Source: a bacterium
GTDB lineage: Bacteria > Patescibacteriota > Minisyncoccia > Phycocordibacterales > Phycocordibacteraceae
DNA length: 32,343 bases
Assembly (NCBI GenBank): GCA_021824605.1
Contig: JAKAKH010000003.1
Location: 1 to 32,343, forward strand
Reading direction: 5' to 3'
The position numbers were made by a program, and so were the translations under genes. Below are positions 15,142-24,274 of the stretch, one piece after another. Numbering within the stretch: position 1 is the stretch's first letter; every line of letters starts with the position of its first letter. Under the pieces are notes generated by a model that was given only the letters and a program-made list of their open reading frames with translations, was not told the DNA's origin and ran no database searches.

Positions 15142-17016
15142 ATGCCACCGCGCCAAGACTCAGAAGAAGATACTCTCGGTTCGCTCGAACACGCACGCGA
15201 AGCGCTCTATAGCCCGCACTCCTCGGTGCGCGACCGAGCCTCTTTCCGCCCGCCAGAGGAGCATGCGCTCCCCCATGCGTGGGAAGACACTGGCCTTCCT
15301 CATGAGGGGAAAAAGCACGTCCGTCTCGCGACGATATTTCTCGGCGTCTCTTTCATTTTCTTTCTTATCGCCCTCGGAGTCGCGAGCTATCTCTTTTATT
15401 TCGGTAGCAGCTCAGTCTCGACCGATAAGATCGACGTGTCGATACAGGGTCCTATAACGATCGCGGGCGGTGACACGGTGCCGCTTCTCATAACGATTAC
15501 AAATAAAAATCCGGTTGCTATCCAAAACGCCACGATTGAGGTTGATTTCCCTGATGGGACGCGAAGCGCGACTGACATACTGAGTCCGTATACGCATTAT
15601 GTAGAAAATCTCGGCACGCTCGCAAGCGGGGCAACGGTCACGCGCTCGATCAAGGCCGTGGTGTTTGGTGGAGCAGGGCAGACTCTCACGCTCCCGGTGT
15701 CACTTTCCTACGGTATGCCAAGTTCGAATGCTGTCTTCGAGAAGAAATTGTCATATGCACTTTCGGTTTCATCTACACCGCTTTCGGTCTCAGTCGACGC
15801 GCTCTCTGAGACTGTCTCGGGTACGCCGATGACCTTTACCGTTACGGTTCGTTCAAATGCGACGATACCGCTCGATAATGTCGTTCTTTCGGCAACGTCG
15901 CCTATCGGGTTTTCGCTCACGTCGTCATCAATCCCTTCTTCGAATTCGAATTTCTATATCGGCACGCTTGCTCCGGGCGCAGTCAAGAAGATCGTACTCA
16001 CGGGTGTGCTAAGTGGTCAGGATAATGAACAGCGAGTGTTCCACTTCACCGTAGGAACGGCGGCATCTGCCCAGGATCAGACACTTGCGGTCACGTATAT
16101 GACGCAGGATGCCACTGTGTCGATTGCCTCGCCGTTTATCACCACCACCCTCGCGATCAATGGGGATACCTCAGGAAACACGGTATTGACGCAAGGTAGT
16201 TCTCAGAGTGTATCGCTCTCTTATACCAACACCCTTCCAACGACTGTGATGAATGCAGCTGTTTCGATTGCCATTACGGGTTCAGCAGTTGACTACAACA
16301 GTATTCGAACAACGAGCGGATTCTATGATTCGGTGCACCATTCGATTCTTTTTAGTAAGGATACGGACCAATCATTAGCCTCACTTGCGCCTGGAGCTTC
16401 CGGCATCGGCTCCTTCACTTTTTCGACGCTTCCCGCTGGGGTAGCGTCACCCACGGTGACTTTCACGACTACCGTATCTGGTACGCGCGTCGGACAGACG
16501 AACGTGCCAGAACAAATCACCTCGTCACTCGTACGGACTGCAAAAGTGGGAACGGCGGTCTCGCTCTCGGCGCTCTCTTCACGAGCAGGGCCGTTTGAGT
16601 CGACAGGTCCTATCCCACCTCGTGCCGGCGCTGCCACGACGTACGCCATTCTCTGGAATGTGTCGAATACTGGCAATGCGGTTGCTGGGGGAGTGGTCAC
16701 CGCGGTGCTGCCGAGCTACGTGTCCTATACCGGGAAAACGTCAGGCACTGGATCATTCTCCTACGACACAGCCTCTCGGACGGTGACCTGGAATGTCGGG
16801 GATCTTACCGAAACGGCGCAAGCACAAGGAGCTTTCCAGGTGTCACTCACTCCGTCGACTTCTCAGAAGGGGGCAAGCGTCTCGCTCACAAGCGGGGCGT
16901 CCTTCTCGGGATATGATCGTTTTGCGGGTGCTACGGTTACCGCTACGGCCAATCCGGTCACGACCGAGACACGGACAGATGCGGGGTACATCCCTGCGGA
17001 CGCGCTGGTGCAATAA
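15142..17016 (+). CDS. Single-pass membrane protein with repeated beta-sandwich (Ig/DUF11-like) extracellular domains
   Basis: Cytoplasmic N-terminus, one TM (LATIFLGVSFIFFLIALGVASYLFYF), S/T-rich region with recurring (I/L)GxLxxG motifs; TATACT-6 nt-ATG. Confidence 0.85.
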   Translation: MPPRQDSEEDTLGSLEHAREALYSPHSSVRDRASFRPPEEHALPHAWEDTGLPHEGKKHVRLATIFLGVSFIFFLIALGVASYLFYFGSSSVSTDKIDVSIQGPITIAGGDTVPLLITITNKNPVAIQNATIEVDFPDGTRSATDILSPYTHYVENLGTLASGATVTRSIKAVVFGGAGQTLTLPVSLSYGMPSSNAVFEKKLSYALSVSSTPLSVSVDALSETVSGTPMTFTVTVRSNATIPLDNVVLSATSPIGFSLTSSSIPSSNSNFYIGTLAPGAVKKIVLTGVLSGQDNEQRVFHFTVGTAASAQDQTLAVTYMTQDATVSIASPFITTTLAINGDTSGNTVLTQGSSQSVSLSYTNTLPTTVMNAAVSIAITGSAVDYNSIRTTSGFYDSVHHSILFSKDTDQSLASLAPGASGIGSFTFSTLPAGVASPTVTFTTTVSGTRVGQTNVPEQITSSLVRTAKVGTAVSLSALSSRAGPFESTGPIPPRAGAATTYAILWNVSNTGNAVAGGVVTAVLPSYVSYTGKTSGTGSFSYDTASRTVTWNVGDLTETAQAQGAFQVSLTPSTSQKGASVSLTSGASFSGYDRFAGATVTATANPVTTETRTDAGYIPADALVQ

Positions 17017-17112
17017 GTGCGCAAAGCTGCACTTCCTCCCTGCGCTCGCTCACACAAATACAAGAAGACGTGATTTGTGATTCGCTCCGCTTGGTAGTAG
17101 TCTTTCCTCTAT

Positions 17113-18438
17113 ATGACTGACCTGACGCTTATGGAAAAGATTGTCTCGCTCGCAAAGCGTCGTGGGTTCGTCTTCCCTGGCTCGGAGATCTACGGCGGGC
17201 TTGCGGGTACGTTTGACTATGGTCCGTACGGGGTCCTCTTGAAAGAGAATGTGCAGCAGCTCTGGCTGCAGATGTTTCGTGATGATCGTGACGATATGTA
17301 CAGTGTCGATGCGACTATCTTGATGAATCCAAAGATATGGGAAGCTTCGGGACATGTGGCTGGATTCTCCGATCCGCTCGTCGAATGTGAAAAATGTAAG
17401 CGTCGTTTCCGCGCTGATCATCTCGATAATCCAACAACGTGCCCAGAGTGTGGAGGAGTACTTGGCGAGGCACGGCAGTTCAATATGATGTTTAAGACGC
17501 ATGCTGGCGCAATGGAAGACGATTCGGCCGTTGTGTACCTTCGTCCTGAGACAGCTGGCGGTATTTTCGCAAATTTCAAAAATGTTATGGATTCGTTACA
17601 TCCGAAATTACCGTTTGGCATCGCGCAAATAGGGAAGGCTTTTCGAAATGAAATAGCACCACGCGATTTCATTTTCCGTCTCCGCGAACTCTCTCAGATG
17701 GAAGTGGAGTATTTTGTGTCACCGAAGGATTGGGCGCAGGCTTTTGAAGAGTGGCGGAAAGTACTGCATCTTTTTGCGACCGCTATTGGGCTCCCGTCAA
17801 ATAGCGTGCACGAACTCGAGATTCCACCTGAGGAGTTGGCACATTACAGTAAACGCACCATCGATTTCGAGTTTGATTATCCGTTTGGGCGCAAAGAGCT
17901 CTGGGGTCTTGCGTACCGTACTGATTTCGATCTCTCGGCGCACGAGAAGGGTTCAGGAGTATCGCTCTCCTATCTTGATGAGGAGACAAAAGAAAAATAC
18001 GTACCACACGTCATTGAGCCATCGCTCGGCGTCGATCGAACTATCCTTGCGATTCTTACAAGCGCGTATCGTGAGGATGCTCTGGGTGGAGAAGTGCGCA
18101 CGTACCTTGCCCTTGCGCCGAAGGTAGCACCAGTGAAAGCGATGGTCTCGCCGCTCTTGAAGAATAAGCCAGAGCTCGTTGCAAAAGCGCGCGAAGTGCG
18201 CGAGATCTTGAAAAAAGTACATCCGGCAATCGCGTGGGATGACAATGGCAATATTGGGAAGCGCTATCGTCGGCAGGATGAAATCGGTACGCCGTTTTGT
18301 GTCACGATTGATTTCGATACACTCGGGGAAACCCCAGAACACAAAGACACCGTCACACTGCGTCATCGCGATAGTGGCGAACAAGAGCGGCTCTCGATTG
18401 TTGAAGTTGCCGAGCGCATCGCCACCGCAATCAGGTAG
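17113..18438 (+). CDS. glyQS: Glycine--tRNA ligase, alpha2 homodimeric type
   Basis: KRRGFVFPGSEIYGG, WEASGH, YLRPETAGGIF, QIGKAFRNEI, IEPSLGVDR and IGKRYRRQDEIGTP. Confidence 0.96.
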   Translation: MTDLTLMEKIVSLAKRRGFVFPGSEIYGGLAGTFDYGPYGVLLKENVQQLWLQMFRDDRDDMYSVDATILMNPKIWEASGHVAGFSDPLVECEKCKRRFRADHLDNPTTCPECGGVLGEARQFNMMFKTHAGAMEDDSAVVYLRPETAGGIFANFKNVMDSLHPKLPFGIAQIGKAFRNEIAPRDFIFRLRELSQMEVEYFVSPKDWAQAFEEWRKVLHLFATAIGLPSNSVHELEIPPEELAHYSKRTIDFEFDYPFGRKELWGLAYRTDFDLSAHEKGSGVSLSYLDEETKEKYVPHVIEPSLGVDRTILAILTSAYREDALGGEVRTYLALAPKVAPVKAMVSPLLKNKPELVAKAREVREILKKVHPAIAWDDNGNIGKRYRRQDEIGTPFCVTIDFDTLGETPEHKDTVTLRHRDSGEQERLSIVEVAERIATAIR

Positions 18439-18460
18439 GGGAGTGTGCTAGGATGCCGGT

Positions 18461-19522
18461 ATGAATAAGGATATCCGCGTCACCATCACCCCAAGTACGA
18501 TTGCTTCGGCCGTCTTGGTCATCGTTGGTGCGTATGTGGTCTGGCTCCTGCGAGACTTGGCGCTCCTCGTGCTGACGGCGATTGTCATCGCTTCGGCCAT
18601 CGAGCCAGAGATTGCCTTCTTTATACGTCACCGGGTCCCACGCTTCTTCGCGGCGATTCTTGTGTACGTACTCGTGTTCGGGTCGGTATTTGCGCTCCTA
18701 TTCTTCTTCTTCCCACCAATCATTTCTGATGCGGCTGGATTCCTCTCCGCGATGCCGCGATACTTGGATGCTATTAATGCATCAGGTTCCTTCTCAGGTC
18801 TCACGAGCGCAACGAGCCTGATTGGCGGCTCACACGACCTACAGTCCTTTATCCAGACGCTCTTCTCGCTGCAGTCAATGTTTACTGCCGGTTCGGGGAG
18901 CATTGTGCAGCTCTTCGTCACATTCTTTGGAGGCATTTTCTCGCTCCTGCTTGTGATCGTGCTTTCATTCTACTTCGCCCTCCAAGATACAGGCGTCGAT
19001 GATTTCCTTCGACTAGTAATGCCCGCTGCGTATGAGGACTATTCGGTAGACCTCTGGAAGCGAGCACAGAAGAAGATTGGACTCTGGATGCAAGGACAGA
19101 TACTCCTCTCTGTCATCGTGGCTATTTTGGTATACCTCGGGCTCCTTATCATCGGGATCCCGTATGCGCTTCTCCTCTCGGTCTTTACGGCGGTCGCCGA
19201 GATCATCCCGATCTTTGGTTCGCTTATCGCCGGAACATTTGCGGTGATTATTGCGACCTCAAATGGCGGGTTGGCGCTCGGTGCCGTTGTACTCGGTCTC
19301 TATATCGTCGTGAATCAATTCGAGTCGAATCTTATCTACCCACTCATTGTGAAGAAGGTTGTGGGTGTACCGCCACTCCTTGTCATTGTAGCGCTTATCG
19401 CAGGCTACACACTTGCTGGTTTCTTGGGGGTGCTACTCTCGGTACCAGTCGCGGCAGTGCTGCTTGAGCTCATTACCGACTTTGATAAACGGAAGCGTCG
19501 CTTGGCGCATCCTCACGCCTAG
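18461..19522 (+). CDS. AI-2E family (PerM/UPF0118) transporter
   Basis: Multiple TMs; QFESNLIYPLI...VGVPPLLVIVAL..G..L.G.LG.LLSVP signature. Confidence 0.9.
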   Translation: MNKDIRVTITPSTIASAVLVIVGAYVVWLLRDLALLVLTAIVIASAIEPEIAFFIRHRVPRFFAAILVYVLVFGSVFALLFFFFPPIISDAAGFLSAMPRYLDAINASGSFSGLTSATSLIGGSHDLQSFIQTLFSLQSMFTAGSGSIVQLFVTFFGGIFSLLLVIVLSFYFALQDTGVDDFLRLVMPAAYEDYSVDLWKRAQKKIGLWMQGQILLSVIVAILVYLGLLIIGIPYALLLSVFTAVAEIIPIFGSLIAGTFAVIIATSNGGLALGAVVLGLYIVVNQFESNLIYPLIVKKVVGVPPLLVIVALIAGYTLAGFLGVLLSVPVAAVLLELITDFDKRKRRLAHPHA

Positions 19523-19531
19523 TGTCTCTCT

Positions 19532-20941
19532 ATGCGCGCACGGTACATCACCACCACTCTGCCGTATGTAAACGCGGATCCGCATATCGGGTTTGCGCAG
19601 GAGATCGTGCAGGCGGATGCATTGGTGCGTACCTGGCGTCGTGCAGGGGACGATGTTTTTTTCTCGACCGGGACTGACGAGCACGGGCAGAAAATATTTG
19701 AAGCGGCACAGAAGGCAGGACAGACTCCGCAAGAGTATGTCGATCACTATGCCGCTGAATTTCAGAAATTAAAAAGCTCACTCGATCTTAGTTACGATGC
19801 GTTCATTCGGACAACAGACACGAAGCATATACAGGCGGCACAAGAGATGTGGCGTCGCTGTGCGGCGAAAGGGGACATCTACAAGAAGACATACACTGGT
19901 CGCTACTGCGTCGGCTGCGAGGCGTTTAAGACTGAGAAAGAGGTGGTTGAGGGGCGTTGCCCACTCCATCCGAATGCTGATCTCAAAGAAATCTCAGAAG
20001 AGAACTATTTCTTCAAGTTCTCAAACTATCAGAAACAGCTAGAAGAGTATCTCGAGCGGTCAGGAGTCGTATTCCCTGAGTGGCGTCGAATCGAAGCACT
20101 GAATTTCGTAAAGGATGGATTAGAAGACTTCAGTATTTCGCGCGAAGCCGCGCGGTTGTCGTGGGGTATCCCCGTGCCAGAGGACGAGTCACAGGTAATG
20201 TATGTGTGGTTCGATGCGCTTACGAATTATATCTCCACGCTTGGCTGGCCTGAGGATACGGAAGGGAAGTTCAAGAAGTTTTGGACTGAGGGTACGACGC
20301 TGCAGGTCGCGGGGAAGGATCAGGTGCGCTTCCAGTCGCTTATGTGGCAGGCGATGCTCTTGTCGGCCGAGATTAAGAATACTGATCAGATCTTCTATCA
20401 TGGCTTCATCACCTCGGGCGGACAGAAGATGAGTAAGTCGATCGGAAATGTCATCAATCCGCTCGACCTTGTGCAGAGGTATGGCACGGACGCGACACGA
20501 TACCTCCTGCTACGACACTTGAGTCCCGTTGAGGATTCTGACCTGACTCCAGAGGCAATTCACGAGCACTATACCGCGAATCTTGTGAATGGATTGGGAA
20601 ATGCCGTTGCGCGAGTGATGAAGCTTGCTGAGCAATATCTACCAGAACCAGTGATAGTCTCTGAACTCACTTCCCAGCCAGTGATTGAGTACAAGTTTAA
20701 TGATGCGATGGATCAGATCTGGAGCAGAGTGAGTGCCATTGATCAAACGATCACAGAACACAAGCCGTTTGCGATCGTGAAAACTGATCCAGAGGCTGGG
20801 CAAAAGATGATTACGATGCTTGTTAAGCAATTGCAGGTGGTTGGAGCAACATTGTTGCCTTATATGCCAGGAACGGCTGAGAAGATACTTACTGCGATCA
20901 AGGAAAATAAAAAGCCCGAGAACTTGTTCCCGCGCCTCTAA
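19532..20941 (+). CDS. metG: Methionine--tRNA ligase (short form, no C-terminal tRNA-binding domain)
   Basis: YITTTLPYVNADPHIGF, TGTDEHGQK, Zn knuckle YCVGCE...CPLH, YVWFDAL and KMSKSIGN. Confidence 0.96.
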   Translation: MRARYITTTLPYVNADPHIGFAQEIVQADALVRTWRRAGDDVFFSTGTDEHGQKIFEAAQKAGQTPQEYVDHYAAEFQKLKSSLDLSYDAFIRTTDTKHIQAAQEMWRRCAAKGDIYKKTYTGRYCVGCEAFKTEKEVVEGRCPLHPNADLKEISEENYFFKFSNYQKQLEEYLERSGVVFPEWRRIEALNFVKDGLEDFSISREAARLSWGIPVPEDESQVMYVWFDALTNYISTLGWPEDTEGKFKKFWTEGTTLQVAGKDQVRFQSLMWQAMLLSAEIKNTDQIFYHGFITSGGQKMSKSIGNVINPLDLVQRYGTDATRYLLLRHLSPVEDSDLTPEAIHEHYTANLVNGLGNAVARVMKLAEQYLPEPVIVSELTSQPVIEYKFNDAMDQIWSRVSAIDQTITEHKPFAIVKTDPEAGQKMITMLVKQLQVVGATLLPYMPGTAEKILTAIKENKKPENLFPRL

Positions 20942-20950
20942 TCTATCTCC

Positions 20951-21748
20951 ATGGACACTCGTTATATTGATGCGCACTGCCACATTCAATTTGAGCAGTA
21001 CGACGACGATCGAGAGGAAATTGTCGAGCAGATGCGTGAGCAAGGAATTGCCGCGATCGTCGTCGGGTGCGATTACGAATCATCACAAAAGGCAGTAGCT
21101 CTCGCCGAGAAACACGAACATCTTTTTGCGTCGATAGGGATCCATCCAACAGACACGGATGAATTATTTGATATTGATATGTTCCGTATGCTTGCGGAGC
21201 ATCCGAAGGTGGTGGCGATAGGGGAGTGTGGTCTCGATTTTTTCCGACCCGAGACAGTTGACGCGTCTGAGAAGGAGAGGCAGCGTGCATTGTTTCGTGC
21301 ACATATTGCACTTGCAGCGGAGCTCGACAAGCCGCTCATCATCCATGCGCGCCCAAGCAAGGGGACACAGGATGCCTACCAGGAGGTGTTGCAGATACTC
21401 GCGGACGCGAAGAAACAATACCCCTCCTTGCGCGGGGACGTCCACTTCTTCGTTGGCGGAGTTGCAGAGGCGCAGCAGTTTATTGCGCTCGATTTCACTC
21501 TATCGTTCACCGCGGTGATGACATTTGCTCGCGATTATGATGAGGTCATCCGTACAGTGCCGCTCACAAGCATCCTTGCCGAAACCGATTCGCCATATGT
21601 CGCGCCAGTAGGTCGCCGTGGGAAGCGCAACGACCCGCTCGCGGTCGTCGACGTTACGCTGAAGATAGTCGAGCTTCGCGGGGACGACCCGGAAATAGTG
21701 CGCCGTACGCTTGTTAGCAGCACCGAGAAGCTCTTTGGGCTGGGGTAG
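20951..21748 (+). CDS. tatD: TatD family metal-dependent nuclease
   Basis: IDAHCH, GIHP, AIGECGLDF, LIIHAR and ETDSPY; follows metG as in many bacteria. Confidence 0.93.
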   Translation: MDTRYIDAHCHIQFEQYDDDREEIVEQMREQGIAAIVVGCDYESSQKAVALAEKHEHLFASIGIHPTDTDELFDIDMFRMLAEHPKVVAIGECGLDFFRPETVDASEKERQRALFRAHIALAAELDKPLIIHARPSKGTQDAYQEVLQILADAKKQYPSLRGDVHFFVGGVAEAQQFIALDFTLSFTAVMTFARDYDEVIRTVPLTSILAETDSPYVAPVGRRGKRNDPLAVVDVTLKIVELRGDDPEIVRRTLVSSTEKLFGLG

Positions 21749-21756
21749 GGTTGGTG

Positions 21757-21785
21757 TTGCGGGCGCCCAGAAGTCGTGCTAGGAT
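21757..21785 (+). promoter_or_regulatory. Promoter of rpsF-ssb-rpsR
   Basis: TTGCGG-17 nt-TAGGAT with extended -10 TG; ATG 9 nt downstream. Confidence 0.6.
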
Positions 21786-21794
21786 GCGGGAATT

Positions 21795-22283
21795 ATGGCG
21801 AAGAATCAAGACGAAGACATCGAGGTGCTCGAGGACGATACTATTGGCGCGGAGGCGCGTGTCTACGAGCTTGGATTCCATCTCGATCCTGAATTGCCGG
21901 TTGAGGAGGTGAAGAAAGCCTACCAGACGATTCACGGCGCTATTGCCGCAAAGGGTACGATCGTCGCTGAGGTTGAACCAGAGAAAATACAGCTCGCTTA
22001 CACGATTTCTCGTCAGGAAGTGGCTGGTCGTCGCGACTTCAATTCTGCGTACTTCGCATGGATTGTGTACGAGATGTCGGCTGTTGATCATGTCGAGGTC
22101 GTCGCTGCTATGCGTGCTGACAAGGCAGTGGTGCGTTTCATCGACCTGGTAACGACCAAGGACGAAGCACGGCACGCTCTTGAGGTGCATGAGCTTATGG
22201 CCAAGGCTCCAGCTCCAGAGACTGACGGGGAAGAGGCTCTTGCAGCAGAGCTCGATACCGCGCTTGAGAGTGTGGTAGTGTAA
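21795..22283 (+). CDS. rpsF: 30S ribosomal protein S6 (bS6) with acidic terminal extensions
   Basis: YELGF...P, LAYTI and VVRF pattern; canonical position before ssb and rpsR. Confidence 0.88.
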   Translation: MAKNQDEDIEVLEDDTIGAEARVYELGFHLDPELPVEEVKKAYQTIHGAIAAKGTIVAEVEPEKIQLAYTISRQEVAGRRDFNSAYFAWIVYEMSAVDHVEVVAAMRADKAVVRFIDLVTTKDEARHALEVHELMAKAPAPETDGEEALAAELDTALESVVV

Positions 22284-22288
22284 TCATC

Positions 22289-22741
22289 ATGTACCTCAAC
22301 AAAGTTCTTCTCTACGGCAATCTTACTCGCGATCCAGAATTGAAGGCGCTTCCAGGAGGAAGTCAGGTGGTGAATTTCAGTCTTGCAACCGACCGTGTCT
22401 TCAAGGACAAGAATGGTCAGAAGCAGGAGGCAACCGAGTTTCATAATGTCGTTGCCTTCGGTCGTACCGCTGAAGTCATCGCCCAGTACTGCAAGAAAGG
22501 TCGACCACTCTACATCGAGGGTCGCTTGCAGACACGTTCGTGGGACGATAAGGAGACAGGTAAGAAGAATTATCGTACGGAGATCATTGCTGAGTCGTTC
22601 CAGTTTGGCGCTGATGGCGGACGGGGTGGTGCGGGAGCTGGTTCAGGAATGGCTTCTCACGAGGAACAGCCGGCACCAAGCGACAGCAGCGATATCAAAT
22701 ATCCTGATGAAGAAATCAATCCAGAGGACATTCCTTTTTAA
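22289..22741 (+). CDS. ssb: Single-stranded DNA-binding protein
   Basis: LNKVLLYGNLTRDPE, IEGRLQTRSW and acidic C-terminal EDIPF. Confidence 0.97.
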   Translation: MYLNKVLLYGNLTRDPELKALPGGSQVVNFSLATDRVFKDKNGQKQEATEFHNVVAFGRTAEVIAQYCKKGRPLYIEGRLQTRSWDDKETGKKNYRTEIIAESFQFGADGGRGGAGAGSGMASHEEQPAPSDSSDIKYPDEEINPEDIPF

Positions 22742-22763
22742 TTATTCAATATAATTCTTTTGT

Positions 22764-22970
22764 ATGGCATACCAATCTGAACGTGAAGAAATAGAGCTCA
22801 AGAAGTTTATCGACTACAAGGATGTGGCGTACCTGAAGCAATTCACCAATCCCCACGCAAAGATCCTTGCGAAAAAGCGCACGGGCATTCCTGCAGGGAA
22901 GCAGCGTGAGATCACGCAGGCGATAAAGCGCGCTCGGTATATGGCGCTTCTCCCGTACGTTGCGGCATAA
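22764..22970 (+). CDS. rpsR: 30S ribosomal protein S18 (bS18)
   Basis: IDYKDV..LKQF, KI...RTG and [19 protein letters not shown]. Confidence 0.96.
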   Translation: MAYQSEREEIELKKFIDYKDVAYLKQFTNPHAKILAKKRTGIPAGKQREITQAIKRARYMALLPYVAA

Positions 22971-22982
22971 TATAGCTCAACA

Positions 22983-23024
22983 GCACAAGCAAAAGCCCCG
23001 GGTACCCGGGGCTTTTGCTTGTGC
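22983..23024. terminator. Bidirectional terminator formed by a perfect 42 bp palindrome between convergent rpsR and efp
   Basis: GCACAAGCAAAAGCCCCGGGT|ACCCGGGGCTTTTGCTTGTGC. Confidence 0.85.
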
Positions 23025-23039
23025 GAACAGAGAAATTCT

Positions 23040-23615
23040 TTAGGACTTGGTCACGCGCTCGGTGTATTCGCCAGTGTCGGTATTGATACGAACAATGTCG
23101 CCGCTGTTAATGAAGAGAGGTACGTTAACTTTTGCGCCCGTGACCAGCGTTGCGAGCTTGGTACCGCCAGAGACAGTATTGCCTTTCACTGCCGGCGGAG
23201 CCTCCTTCACTTCGAGGTCGACTTTCACCGGGATTTTAATAGTCATAGGCTTCTCTTCGTAGGTCAGAACTTCGACAACACTATTCGGCGCGAGCCACTG
23301 TACCTGGTCGTGTACGCTCTCAAGAGGGAAGGAGAAGCGATTCTTCGGGTTTCCTTCTTCTGCAAACCAGCTCTCAGTCTGATTACTGTAGAGATAGACG
23401 GCATCCATGCGATCGGTCTCTGCCTCCTCGACAGTTTCGCTCGAGTGGAATGAGATTTCAAGAACGCCACCGTTCACCATATTGCGCAACCGTGTCTGAT
23501 TGACCGGTTTTCTCTTTTGCATACGGAAAATATGCGCGGAAAGTACCTCGTAGGGTGCGTCGTTGTAATTAATAATCTTTTTTGGAAGAATTTCGTTGTA
23601 GCTGAGTACGGCCAT
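23040..23615 (-). CDS. efp: Translation elongation factor P
   Basis: PPAVKGNTVSGGTKLATLVTG, VPLFINSGD and INTDTGEYTER motifs; 191 aa. Confidence 0.94.
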   Translation of the reverse strand: MAVLSYNEILPKKIINYNDAPYEVLSAHIFRMQKRKPVNQTRLRNMVNGGVLEISFHSSETVEEAETDRMDAVYLYSNQTESWFAEEGNPKNRFSFPLESVHDQVQWLAPNSVVEVLTYEEKPMTIKIPVKVDLEVKEAPPAVKGNTVSGGTKLATLVTGAKVNVPLFINSGDIVRINTDTGEYTERVTKS

Positions 23616-23692
23616 AGTCTGAAACTAAAAGCGGATAAGGTGCGTTATAAAAAGTGCCGCCAAGGGCGGATACGGGTATGATACAAGATGTT

Positions 23693-24274
23693 ATGACTTT
23701 TTCAAATTCCGAGCCCAGTCCGGCTCTTGAGGACTACGAGATCCTTACCCGTTCGAAGCGGGAGCCGGAACTGTTCGCCCTGCTGGTTCGCCGCTACGAA
23801 GCGCCGCTTTTGCGGCGTGCCCGGGCTGTTGTATGGAGTCCTGAAGACGCCGAGGAGGTGGTCCAGGACACTTTCACCAAGATGTACCTCTATGCCGACA
23901 AGTATCACCCACAAGAGGGTGCTACATTTTCATCATGGATGTATACCATTCTCAATCGGGTCGCGTATACCAAATATGCCGTTCGCCGGAAGGAGCGCGG
24001 ACATCGTGCGGAACTCGAGCCAGAACACTACGAAGCGCTTCCTGATGCGCGAGCTGAATTTCTCGAGAACCTTTCGATTCGAGATGAAGTTATTGCGGCG
24101 CTTGCGGCACTTCCTGAAACTATGGCCCGCATACTGCGGTTGCAGTTCCTTGAAGGGAAGACCCAAGAAGAGATTGCAAGATCAGAGCAGCTCTCGATCT
24201 CGGCAGTGAAGACCCGGGTGCATCGTGCCAAAAAACTGTTTAAACGAGCCTATGACGAACAACACCATGACTAA
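23693..24274 (+). CDS. ECF-type sigma-70 factor
   Basis: Region 2 (EDAEEVVQDTF, FSSWMYTI) and region 4 HTH (LPE...IL.L..LEGKTQEEIA...SAVKTRVHRAK); start uncertain. Confidence 0.92.
   Translation: MTFSNSEPSPALEDYEILTRSKREPELFALLVRRYEAPLLRRARAVVWSPEDAEEVVQDTFTKMYLYADKYHPQEGATFSSWMYTILNRVAYTKYAVRRKERGHRAELEPEHYEALPDARAEFLENLSIRDEVIAALAALPETMARILRLQFLEGKTQEEIARSEQLSISAVKTRVHRAKKLFKRAYDEQHHD

Noticed and set aside
17017-17112. ATTCGCTCCGCT (17080-17091) is one mismatch from the reverse complement of AGCGAAGCGAAT in the tRNA element, beside a CACAAAT/ATTTGTG hairpin
   Set aside because: An 11/12 match without the other conserved blocks is too short to distinguish from chance by eye.
22764-23040. 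Absence of rplI after rpsF-ssb-rpsR as evidence of bL9 loss
   Set aside because: rplI is often unlinked from this operon, so loss cannot be judged from one window.
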